From contig JBKDKR010000092.1 in the NCBI GenBank assembly GCA_046344995.1, forward strand, positions 27,396-91,395: a stretch of DNA of 64,000 nt, in the 5' to 3' direction. A program made the translations under genes and the position numbers. Below, piece after piece: positions 8,597 to 17,783 of the stretch (position 1 is its first letter; every line of letters starts with the position of its first letter). The notes under the pieces were generated by a model. The model was not told where the DNA came from. It saw nothing but the letters and a program-made list of their open reading frames with translations, and did not search any database. Source of the DNA: Pirellula sp. Lineage in GTDB: Bacteria > Planctomycetota > Planctomycetia > Pirellulales > Pirellulaceae.

Positions 8597-11500
8597 ATGA
8601 CTTCTGAAGAAGATCTCGATCCAACCGTTCACATACAAAATGGGGAGCAAATTCGGGAAAGGAATGACGCTGACTTTTCGATTGATGCGGAGGCAGTGAT
8701 TCGCATCGGACGATATCTGCTCGTCGACCGGCTTGGACAAGGGGCGTTTGGGGTTGTTTTCCGTGCACAAGATGAATCGCTAGAGCGATTCGTTGCGATT
8801 AAGCTTTTAACAAAATTCCAGTCTTCATCTCAGGTCGACGCTTGGATCCAGGAAGCTCGTGTTCTTGCAAAACTGGATCATCCCTCCATAGTACCTGTCT
8901 ACGACATTGGCAAGACGGATGCGGGCCAACCATTTATCGTATCCAAGTTGATTGAAGGGGGGGATTTGACGAAGCGATCTACTGAGCCGAGTTGGTCGCT
9001 AGATGATTCGGTAAAGGCTGTAACGCAATTGGCAGGAGCGCTCGATTACCTACATCGACGTGGCGTGATGCACCGCGATGTGAAACCCTCTAACATTCTG
9101 ACGACAGAAACCAGGGATGCTGTACTGGTAGATTTCGGTCTGGCTCTTGCTGAGAATACTTATGGTCGAGGGGCCCGTTTTGTTGGTACACCAGCATACA
9201 TGAGCCCAGAGCAAGCACGCTACGAGGGGCATCGCGTGGATGGTCGATCCGACATCTATAGTTTGGGTGTAGTGCTCTATGAATTATTGACAGGCTCGCG
9301 TCCGTTCGTTGCTAAAGATCAGGAAGAACTCCTGGAGTGCATAAGAAATGTGGAAGTGAGACCCCTGAGGCAACTCAATTCTGCCGTTCCTCGGGAGTTG
9401 GAACGCATTTGCCTGAAAGCTCTTTCCAAAAAGGTATCGGATCGCTACTCCACGGCATCGGACATGGCGGATGACTTAGCCCACTGGCGATCAGTAAGTC
9501 TCGGTTCCCTAAATGTGCCTACCACGGCTGCCAATCCCCTAAGCCCCGGGTCAACAACGGAGGGCCAGAGTACACAACAATCGATCGATATCGAAACGGT
9601 TGGCGTTGTACCACACGGGCTTAGACCATTCGCACAAAACGACGCTGACTTTTTTCGATATTTGGTCCCTGGCGCACGCGATCGAGGCGGAGTTCCCGAG
9701 AGCATCAGTTTTTGGGTGCAACGGATTTCCAGCCGCGATCCGAATCACACATTTCGCATAGGTGTGTTGATGGGACTCAGCGGCAGTGGTAAATCATCAT
9801 TGATTCGCGCTGGAGTTTTGCCGCTTGTATCCGAAACGTGCAACGCTGTTTTCGTCGAGGCCAAACCTAACGATCTGGAAGCCGATCTCGTCAATGGTAT
9901 TCGTCGCACGTTTCCACAATTTGAATCAGAGACTAATCTTCGCGAACTATTGATACGGATACGCTCTTCAGGTAATCCGAATCGTCCAAAGCTAGTCTTG
10001 GTGATCGACCAATTCGAACAATGGCTGAATCTCAATCGTGGTTCAGATATAACATCACTTCATGAAGCGCTCCGACAATGCGATGGTTCGAATGTGCAAA
10101 CACTGTTGCTAGTACGAGATGACTTTATGCTCGGATTGTCTAGCTTTATGGATCAGCTCGACGAATCGTTATTGCAGAACCAAAACTTTGCAACGATTGA
10201 GGCGTTTGGCGTATCACATGGACGGAAAGTTCTGGCTGCCTTTGGACGTGCCTTTGGAACAGTTAGCCAGCCCATGACGAGCGGCCAGGAGGCTTTCATC
10301 GATACGGCCATCGATGAACTCGCCAACATTGGACGACTAGAACCTGTTCAGATTTGTCTCTTATCGGAAATGGTCAAGAATAAGCCATGGACAACTGCAA
10401 CTCTACGAGAGCTAGGGGGAATTCAGGGGCTCGGAATCGCGTTTTTGGAAGAGCGACTGACCGGAACCAGCGCCCACCCAATGTTGCGAACAAACCTAGA
10501 GGTGGTGAAGCAAATCCTTCGTGAATTACTACCTGCAGATGATACAGTAATCAAACCACAAGCATGTCATCAAAGCATTTTACTCGACCGACTCGCGGGG
10601 ATTGCTTCAGAGGAAACCCTGTCCCGTCTCTTGCACTTGATTGACACTGAAGTGCGATTGATTACACCCAGTAGCAATCCGAACGTCAGCGCCACATCTT
10701 CGTCTGCATCGTCGTCAAAGGATCCCGCTTACCAACTGACCCACGACTATCTGGTGCCCACGATTCGAAAATGGCTCGCATCTCAAAACACGAGTACGCG
10801 CGAAGGACGGGCCGCAGAACAGCTTCGAGAACTATCTGTTTTGTGGAATGCCAAACCATCGAGGAAGCGATTGCCGTCATTTATCGAATGGGCCATCATC
10901 CGCTGGTACGTACCAAAGAAAAATTGGTCCCTCAACGAATCTCGGTTGATGAATGCCGCAGGGAGAGATTTTCTGTCGCGTGGTGCCGTGGTAATCGCTT
11001 TATTGCTTGTCGTGGCGCTCGGTTCATGGTATTGGCTGAAAGAATCGTTGTCGCGTTCTCTTGTGGCGAGGCTTTTGGAAGCGAAATCAGAAGATGTTGT
11101 TACCGTTTTGGAAGATATACAACCGCATGCTAGTTGGGTGATTCCAAAACTGCCAGCGTTATCGATTGGGGATGATTCTCAGCCCAAAGATGAGACCGAA
11201 CAATTTCGAGTTTCGTTAGCACAGCTTCGTCAGAATCCATCCGTTAGCGATACCGTGCTCGATAACTTATCTTTGATCGAAGAGCGGCACGGAAAACTCT
11301 ATCTAGACTTTCTAACATCGTCATCAAGTCTATCCGATGAGACTATCGCATCGAAAGCCAAGACTGCGCTTGAGCGAGACAATCCAGCGGGTGTTTTTTT
11401 AGCTGCATTGCTCTGCTCCCGTAACCCGAATCATGATTCATGGGCACAGCTGTATCGGCCTGTCTGTAAAAATCTGCTAAGCAAAAATGCAGTGCAGCTC

Positions 11501-14494
11501 CCTCTTTGGATCGAGTTATTTCGACCGATTCAAAACGAATTAGTCAATGAGTTGATTACCCTCGGCGAAGAGAACGAAAGAGATTCTTCAGAGGATCAAT
11601 CGTTGGCCAAACAGAATTTAGCAGTCCTGGTTACGGCGCTAGCATCCAGTGATTCCAAGAGCTTGTCGAGAGCATTGACTTGGATTCCGGTTAACGCAAT
11701 ACCTGCATTGGTCGACGCGGGAAAATCATCAAAAGATTTCGCTCTTGAACTCCGTGAATTGCTAGCCAGAGAGTCGACTAGTTCTCGTCCCCTGCGACAG
11801 GTTACTAAGCAGGCATTGGATATCGAGCGCGAGTTTTACGGTCAAGTCTATGAGAATGGCGGATGGCTTGAGCGTATTCCTCTCGACAAAATCGATTCTT
11901 GCTTAAGCCTCATGAAATCACTTGGTTTGGCACCTAATTCCATGCGGCATTATACGGATAACGGTCAGTCGTACATCGCGTCGACATGGACCGCCCCTGC
12001 AACCGAGAGCATCGTTTTGGTAAATCTTTCGAACCAAGAACTAGAAGCTCAGTTCGCCTCTAAACAATCAGACGGATGGGCTCTCGTTGACTTTTCAAGT
12101 TACAGCAAGCAAGACCTGGTTAACCAAGACGACGACCTACGCTGGATCGGTGTTTGGAGACTGGCCCCTGAGTCATCCAATCAACAAGTACTATTGCTTG
12201 GAGAGACGGAATTCGAAATAGCTCAACAAGCTCGACAAGCGAGAATCGGAGGCTTGATTCAGCAAAGGGCCGAAACTCGATTGGCTACGAACGGAGAGTT
12301 GCTTCACGATTCTTTGTGGGGCCAAGATTCGGAAGGCGATGTGGAACAAACCCGGGTAAGTCGCCTCGAGTTTGCTATGGGGGACCTCTATCCTGGTTAT
12401 CTCCAGACAGACGTTCGCGCGACGTACACTCTTCCAGAGATGGATCGTTCACGGAGTTGGACAGAATACTACACCTACTACTTAACATCCCTGCGATTAC
12501 AGAGGAGGAGTCCCGCCGATCTCGTATTGATCGCAAGCCGGCTTTCTGCTTGTGGCGAGCTGGAACAGGCCATCGAAACACTTGACGAAATCCGTCCAGA
12601 CGACTGGAAACAATTGAGGGAATCTGAACGCGCTAGTCGTAAACGAACCTTCTACCGAATCAAGGGGCGCACGCTTGCAAAGCTAGGCCGTTTAGACGAA
12701 CTCAAATCGCTAGTTAATGAAGTCACTACAGGGAGCATTTTGCCTGTTCGAGATTTAGAAAACCTGCGTCTTCGAGTTGATTTATTGGAGGGTAATACTG
12801 ATCGAGTCAGAGAGTCACTTCAATTGCTCTCTTCAACGCAAGGCAGTTCTTTGGCAGAGATGGATGTGCTCTTACGATCCCTAGCGTTGATCTCGGCATC
12901 TGATCGTATTGGTGAACTCTCAAAAGTGGCACAGGGGCGGCTGTTCGAATTAGCGGTCAGTCTCCCAACGATTTTTCCTGATTTAATCGATGTATTGATG
13001 GATTCCGATTTTGATCCGCTGCGCACAAACCCATCGTGGCTGAAATTGTTGGATTCGTTAAAACTCGGGACACGTTATACAGCATGCTATCACGCCAGCA
13101 ATTCATGGGAGTCACTCGCGCTGCTAGGGAAAACGGCAGAAGATCATGCAGCGTCCAGCACGAAGCTCATCGAGACTGGCTATCTGCCGGCAGTTTTGAC
13201 CATACATCACGAGCCACTTAAAGGATCTGTGGTTTCATCTGTCTGGGCGAGAAAAAAGATCACACTGCAGGAAAAGTCTGCCAAGGCCAATAGAATCGCG
13301 ACCCTCTGCTTAACAATGGCGGACCTTGGAGAATTGGACGCTTTAAACGACTGTATTCATCAACGCTGGGGCAGAACAGCTCAATCAGCCCTGATAGAAC
13401 TTTCCCCAAAACTGCTCGACAGCTCCGTGTTGGTTTCCATGCTGAAATCGGAAACGGACAGCAGTTCGCTCTCGAACATACTTTCCATTCTTGCCAACTA
13501 TCGTACCAGCGAGTTCGCAGAATCGGACCTTCGTTACGTGAATTTGAGACTGCGGGATTGGAGCCAATCGTCCAAGGATGCGGCCTTATTGAACATGGCT
13601 ACCTATTGCTTAGACAAATTCGGCGAACCTTCGTCGGAAGTATCCGATAATAAGAATGCGCCACCCGGAGCCAATTGGTCTGTCAATTCAATCGGAATGC
13701 AATTCGTTGACATACAAGTGCCCGATAAGGTACTGGTTGGCGGAGAAGAGGAGAAAATGATTTGGACTCGCATCGGTCGACGCTACTCGATTTCTTCTGC
13801 GGAAGTCACTGGAGAACAATTTGCTGAATTCTACCGAGACCCTCGATTTCAGACTTGGATCGCGGAAAATCGGCAACGTCGGTTGTTTCAGCTAGTCGAA
13901 GGCAACAAGCCACAGAATGCCGTCTCATGGCTCGTCGCTGTAAAATATTGTCAGTGGTTAAATGAGCGAGAAAAGATTCCGGAGCAGGAGTGGTGCTACG
14001 AAAATGTATGGAGTGAGAAAGATAGCTACCCTGTTCCGAAACCTGATCATCTAAATCTCAAAGGCTATCGATTACCAACCGAAGCGGAATGGACATTGGC
14101 ATGCTCTGGTGGCTTTCAAAACACATGGCACTTTGGCGATAATGAAAAACACACCAAGTACTATGAATGGACCGAACCACATGCAGCCAACACCAGCCAG
14201 GTGATCGCAACACTCCGTCCCAACTCATTCGGATTGTTCGATATGGGCGGAAATCTCGCTGAATGGACTGACTCAGCCTATCAACAGCCTTTAAGGCCAC
14301 AATTTCAGTCCTTTGTAAACGACGAGCGAGACTCCACCAGCGAGAAGCCTATGTTCTTCGTTTTGGCAGGCGGCAGATTCAAGCAATCGACACTATCCGC
14401 CGCGACCAGCACATCGACCGTCAATGCGCCGGAATATCTCTCTATCACAACAGGTTTTCGTTTGGCCAGGACCATCGAGATCCGCAACAAATAA
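8597..14494 (+). CDS. 1965-aa Ser/Thr kinase + STAND-type NTPase + TM + repeats + FGE-sulfatase-like domain
   Basis: LGQGAFG, VAIK, HRDVKPSN, DFG; Walker A GLSGSGKSS and Walker B VIDQFE; TM helix; RLPTEAEW...PNSFGLFDMGGNLAEW...GFRLAR. Confidence 0.9.
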   Translation: MTSEEDLDPTVHIQNGEQIRERNDADFSIDAEAVIRIGRYLLVDRLGQGAFGVVFRAQDESLERFVAIKLLTKFQSSSQVDAWIQEARVLAKLDHPSIVPVYDIGKTDAGQPFIVSKLIEGGDLTKRSTEPSWSLDDSVKAVTQLAGALDYLHRRGVMHRDVKPSNILTTETRDAVLVDFGLALAENTYGRGARFVGTPAYMSPEQARYEGHRVDGRSDIYSLGVVLYELLTGSRPFVAKDQEELLECIRNVEVRPLRQLNSAVPRELERICLKALSKKVSDRYSTASDMADDLAHWRSVSLGSLNVPTTAANPLSPGSTTEGQSTQQSIDIETVGVVPHGLRPFAQNDADFFRYLVPGARDRGGVPESISFWVQRISSRDPNHTFRIGVLMGLSGSGKSSLIRAGVLPLVSETCNAVFVEAKPNDLEADLVNGIRRTFPQFESETNLRELLIRIRSSGNPNRPKLVLVIDQFEQWLNLNRGSDITSLHEALRQCDGSNVQTLLLVRDDFMLGLSSFMDQLDESLLQNQNFATIEAFGVSHGRKVLAAFGRAFGTVSQPMTSGQEAFIDTAIDELANIGRLEPVQICLLSEMVKNKPWTTATLRELGGIQGLGIAFLEERLTGTSAHPMLRTNLEVVKQILRELLPADDTVIKPQACHQSILLDRLAGIASEETLSRLLHLIDTEVRLITPSSNPNVSATSSSASSSKDPAYQLTHDYLVPTIRKWLASQNTSTREGRAAEQLRELSVLWNAKPSRKRLPSFIEWAIIRWYVPKKNWSLNESRLMNAAGRDFLSRGAVVIALLLVVALGSWYWLKESLSRSLVARLLEAKSEDVVTVLEDIQPHASWVIPKLPALSIGDDSQPKDETEQFRVSLAQLRQNPSVSDTVLDNLSLIEERHGKLYLDFLTSSSSLSDETIASKAKTALERDNPAGVFLAALLCSRNPNHDSWAQLYRPVCKNLLSKNAVQLPLWIELFRPIQNELVNELITLGEENERDSSEDQSLAKQNLAVLVTALASSDSKSLSRALTWIPVNAIPALVDAGKSSKDFALELRELLARESTSSRPLRQVTKQALDIEREFYGQVYENGGWLERIPLDKIDSCLSLMKSLGLAPNSMRHYTDNGQSYIASTWTAPATESIVLVNLSNQELEAQFASKQSDGWALVDFSSYSKQDLVNQDDDLRWIGVWRLAPESSNQQVLLLGETEFEIAQQARQARIGGLIQQRAETRLATNGELLHDSLWGQDSEGDVEQTRVSRLEFAMGDLYPGYLQTDVRATYTLPEMDRSRSWTEYYTYYLTSLRLQRRSPADLVLIASRLSACGELEQAIETLDEIRPDDWKQLRESERASRKRTFYRIKGRTLAKLGRLDELKSLVNEVTTGSILPVRDLENLRLRVDLLEGNTDRVRESLQLLSSTQGSSLAEMDVLLRSLALISASDRIGELSKVAQGRLFELAVSLPTIFPDLIDVLMDSDFDPLRTNPSWLKLLDSLKLGTRYTACYHASNSWESLALLGKTAEDHAASSTKLIETGYLPAVLTIHHEPLKGSVVSSVWARKKITLQEKSAKANRIATLCLTMADLGELDALNDCIHQRWGRTAQSALIELSPKLLDSSVLVSMLKSETDSSSLSNILSILANYRTSEFAESDLRYVNLRLRDWSQSSKDAALLNMATYCLDKFGEPSSEVSDNKNAPPGANWSVNSIGMQFVDIQVPDKVLVGGEEEKMIWTRIGRRYSISSAEVTGEQFAEFYRDPRFQTWIAENRQRRLFQLVEGNKPQNAVSWLVAVKYCQWLNEREKIPEQEWCYENVWSEKDSYPVPKPDHLNLKGYRLPTEAEWTLACSGGFQNTWHFGDNEKHTKYYEWTEPHAANTSQVIATLRPNSFGLFDMGGNLAEWTDSAYQQPLRPQFQSFVNDERDSTSEKPMFFVLAGGRFKQSTLSAATSTSTVNAPEYLSITTGFRLARTIEIRNK

Positions 14495-14507
14495 CCCAAT
14501 GTTCCAG

Positions 14508-15158
14508 TTAAGGATTGACGACAATCAACGACAGGGACGCACCAGGAGCATTTTCACCAAATGTTGCTGATGGCGCCCGTCGAATCTCTTCCTCTTCGCC
14601 AAGATCATCAACGGGTGGCCCGCCACAAGGGTCAGGAGTGCCAACGATCTTGTTGTGATCCAAACGAATCACCACGCTTGAGGACAATCTGGATTTATTG
14701 CCTCGAATAAAACTCAAATAACCGATGCGGATGGCATCCCCTGTTGCAGGTGTATACATCATGCTGAAGACATCTTGAAACTTGCTGCTGGTTTCTTTCT
14801 CCAACTTAAAAGGGACCAACTTCATCGGAGGTGTATTTGTAGTTGTGGTCAACTTGATTTCAGTATCTTTGTCTTCGAATTCTTCGTCACCCTTGGAATA
14901 GCGACGAAGCTTGCCCACCAGTTGTAAGCTGCTGTCCCTGTACACGGAAACGGCTATCGCTTCTTCATTGCTGCGGCTGACCCAACAATTCAGTTGATTG
15001 GGGGATGAAGCTGGTGAATTTTCAATGGGCTTATCGTCCGGTAACAAAACGGGAGTCGGAGTTGGACCAGTCTCTCCACCAAGCTGAGCAGAGACATTTG
15101 CAGCAAAGGAATTGCAGAGTAGGGCAAACGCGACTAGGGCAGATTTAGAATACATCAT
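14508..15158 (-). CDS. Secreted hypothetical protein
   Basis: Signal peptide MMYSKSALVAFALLCNSFAANVSAQ; long ORF with no competing gene. Confidence 0.7.
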   Translation of the reverse strand: MMYSKSALVAFALLCNSFAANVSAQLGGETGPTPTPVLLPDDKPIENSPASSPNQLNCWVSRSNEEAIAVSVYRDSSLQLVGKLRRYSKGDEEFEDKDTEIKLTTTTNTPPMKLVPFKLEKETSSKFQDVFSMMYTPATGDAIRIGYLSFIRGNKSRLSSSVVIRLDHNKIVGTPDPCGGPPVDDLGEEEEIRRAPSATFGENAPGASLSLIVVNP

Positions 15159-15482
15159 AGTGATTCTCATAGGGAACGCATCTAAGTGAGATGGGGGCTA
15201 CAAAGCGGTTCAATTGATAGAACCGCAAAGAACTTAGTATATCTGTGCGATACAGCAATATGTTTCGTTCCTTGAGATAAAGCGAAGAAACTCTAGGTAA
15301 TTCGATTCCTGATTTCTCGCTTTATAAATCGGATTTCGATATCTTGGGCAGGATCGACCTTCGTCCCTGGCAGCCAAACACAGCGTATAGAAACCGTAAA
15401 AGTCGATCGCTTTCCTATTTCGCGTCGACGAGCCCCGTCGCCGGGAGCCTTGATAATCGATAAATGATGGCTGACTATCATG

Positions 15483-15510
15483 TTGACTCAGCTAAACTAA
15501 TGGTGATACT
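15483..15510 (+). promoter_or_regulatory. Sigma70-like promoter for the metal-efflux cluster
   Basis: TTGACT, 16 bp, GATACT, about 70 bp before the ATG at 15580. Confidence 0.4.
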
Positions 15511-15579
15511 ACGAAGAGAGCTCGTGCGCTGAATTTGATAGTGTTCGACCGACCAACCAACGAGGCTTGGAAAACACAG

Positions 15580-16041
15580 ATGCTGCGAAAATCCCTTCTA
15601 ACCCTATTGCTGCTTGCGATTGCGTATAGCCAAATCCTAGGGGGGATTGCATGTTGTTGTTTCGTTCGATCGGTTATCGAATACCTACCAAGAAGTCATG
15701 TAGCGAAAGTTGCCGAGGCTCCGAAGTTTGCTTGTCCAAAATGCGCTGCACAGTCAAAGAAAGATGCTTCACGGGAATCTCCAGCGTTAGCCAATTCCGG
15801 GGTAGGGCTTGGCAAAATAACCCAAATTGAAGCACCGTGTGGTTGCAACAGATCATACTTGGTTGGAAGCGAATCGTCTGAGTCGCCAGTTCTTCAGACA
15901 AAGCCTAGTAGATCCGTTTCCGTAATTGTCTATGACCTCAAGCCATTTTGTTATGGTTCTCATCTAGCTAGGCAATACATAGCACCGCCGCCACTTGGCG
16001 GACACTCTTGGCAATCTATAGCCTGCATTTGGACGAATTGA
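15580..16041 (+). CDS. Cys-rich exported hypothetical protein heading the metal cluster
   Basis: Hydrophobic N-terminus; CCC, CPKC and PCGC motifs. Confidence 0.6.
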   Translation: MLRKSLLTLLLLAIAYSQILGGIACCCFVRSVIEYLPRSHVAKVAEAPKFACPKCAAQSKKDASRESPALANSGVGLGKITQIEAPCGCNRSYLVGSESSESPVLQTKPSRSVSVIVYDLKPFCYGSHLARQYIAPPPLGGHSWQSIACIWTN

Positions 16042-16377
16042 AACCGGTCAGTGGATCTTTAAATCCGTGTCCTATCGGTATACTAGTTTCTAGCTAGTAA
16101 CGTTTCATCAACATTTCCTTTCCAGATGTAATTGCTGAGCAGGAATCGCGTTTCCACCCATCGTTGTATCTTTGTTCGCCCATGCACATAAAACGATGTT
16201 TTCCAGTTGTCAAACACACTGCGATATGGATCTGCCGGCCTTCGAATTTTCAGAAACCAATAACGTCAATCGATAGATCTCGATCAAGTCACATTGGTCT
16301 AGATACAACACCCCTCAGCAAACCTAGATTTGAATTAACCAATAGCCCATTACCTTCCCAACTTCGTAAGGAATACC

Positions 16378-16848
16378 ATGATCAAATTTAAGAGATTTTT
16401 CATTTCCCTAGCCGCGTTGCTAGCTTTTGCATCCCAAAGCTTTTCCCAGTCAACGAAAGATGAACCCAAAGACCAACGTAGAGAAAAATTGCGATTGGCA
16501 GTTCAAGAAATCTGTCCAATGACGGGAGAGCAGCTCAAATCACAGAGCAAACCACTGAAATGGACCGACCCAAAAACGAAGGAGACTCTTTATGTCTGCT
16601 GCGAAGAATGCATGAAATCAAAACCTGATGAAAAACACTTAGAGACGATCCGTAGTAACTTTGCAAAAGCTCAGGCACACTGCCTTGTCATGACCGACAA
16701 CGAGATCACGTCTGAGTCCAAATTCGGAATAGTTGAGGGGCACGCCGTTTTCGTTTGCTGCCCCCCATGTATCAAGAAAATGCAATCCGCACCGGAAAAA
16801 TTCTTGAAGAAGCTTGATGATCTCTACGAAGCCCATCTAAAGAAATAA
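16378..16848 (+). CDS. Exported protein with two YHS/TRASH-like metal-binding motifs
   Basis: Signal peptide; CPMTG...VCCEEC and HCLVM...VCCPPC; RBS AAGGA. Confidence 0.8.
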   Translation: MIKFKRFFISLAALLAFASQSFSQSTKDEPKDQRREKLRLAVQEICPMTGEQLKSQSKPLKWTDPKTKETLYVCCEECMKSKPDEKHLETIRSNFAKAQAHCLVMTDNEITSESKFGIVEGHAVFVCCPPCIKKMQSAPEKFLKKLDDLYEAHLKK

Positions 16849-16879
16849 GGGAACACCACAGCATTAAGGAGTTAATCAT

Positions 16880-17779
16880 ATGACTAAGAATATTCGATTT
16901 ACGAATCCCCTTTTCTTCACACTGCTGGCTGTTCTTGCCGTTTCGATTGGTTGCGGTTCACCAAAGCCACCTGACATCGCTTCACCAGAAGCCCCTCATC
17001 GCAACGAGGTACCAAATGTTGCTGGTAGTCCCACCACGTCATCTGCTTCTCCAAACAATGCCGAAGGTGATCATGAACACTTACCTGGATCTCACGGCGG
17101 AATCATGATTTCGCTCGGTCGAGATAGCTATCACGTAGAGGCTGTCGTGGAAAGCTCAGGGACCATTCGGCTTTATACTTTGGGTAAAGATGAAAGTCGC
17201 GTTATCGAAGTCGATGCTCAAACGCTGAATGGATTTGTCAAGGAAGAAGGGGGTGTTGATTCCACCGCCATGACATTCGAACCAGCCCCACAGGATGGTG
17301 ATACCTCAGGCAAGACGTCCCTGTTTGTCGGCCAATTGCCCTCGGAGTTTGTTGGTAAGAAACTCGATGTCACGGTACCCAATATTCGCATAGACGGGGA
17401 ACGCTTTCGTTTGGGATTCGTAACAGGCCAGGACGACCATTCCGATTCACCTGAGATGCCCGACAAAATCGCCGACCAAGCGGAACGTGATTTATACCTT
17501 ACCCCCGGGGGACGTTATACCATCGCGGACATTCAGGCAAACGGAAATGTAACCGCTTCGGAAAAGTTCAAGGGGATCAAATCGGAACATGATATGAAGC
17601 CCAAAGTCGGTGATATGCTCTGTCCGATTACAAGCACCAAAGCGAATGCCAAGTTCACTTGGATTATCGACGGCAAGCCCTATCAATTCTGCTGCCCTCC
17701 CTGCATCGACGAGTATATCAACACGGCAAAGACGTCGGCCGATCCACTTCCCGATCCAGAAAGCTTCATCAAGCGATAA
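16880..17779 (+). CDS. His-rich lipoprotein with C-terminal YHS-like motif
   Basis: Lipobox SIGC; HEH...HGG; CPIT...FCCPPC. Confidence 0.8.
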   Translation: MTKNIRFTNPLFFTLLAVLAVSIGCGSPKPPDIASPEAPHRNEVPNVAGSPTTSSASPNNAEGDHEHLPGSHGGIMISLGRDSYHVEAVVESSGTIRLYTLGKDESRVIEVDAQTLNGFVKEEGGVDSTAMTFEPAPQDGDTSGKTSLFVGQLPSEFVGKKLDVTVPNIRIDGERFRLGFVTGQDDHSDSPEMPDKIADQAERDLYLTPGGRYTIADIQANGNVTASEKFKGIKSEHDMKPKVGDMLCPITSTKANAKFTWIIDGKPYQFCCPPCIDEYINTAKTSADPLPDPESFIKR

Positions 17780-17783
17780 GCGT

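Noticed and set aside
16130-16260. CTGAGCAGG upstream of metal genes as a NiCo (czcD) riboswitch
   Set aside because: The downstream conserved junction motifs and the four-way stem pattern were not found
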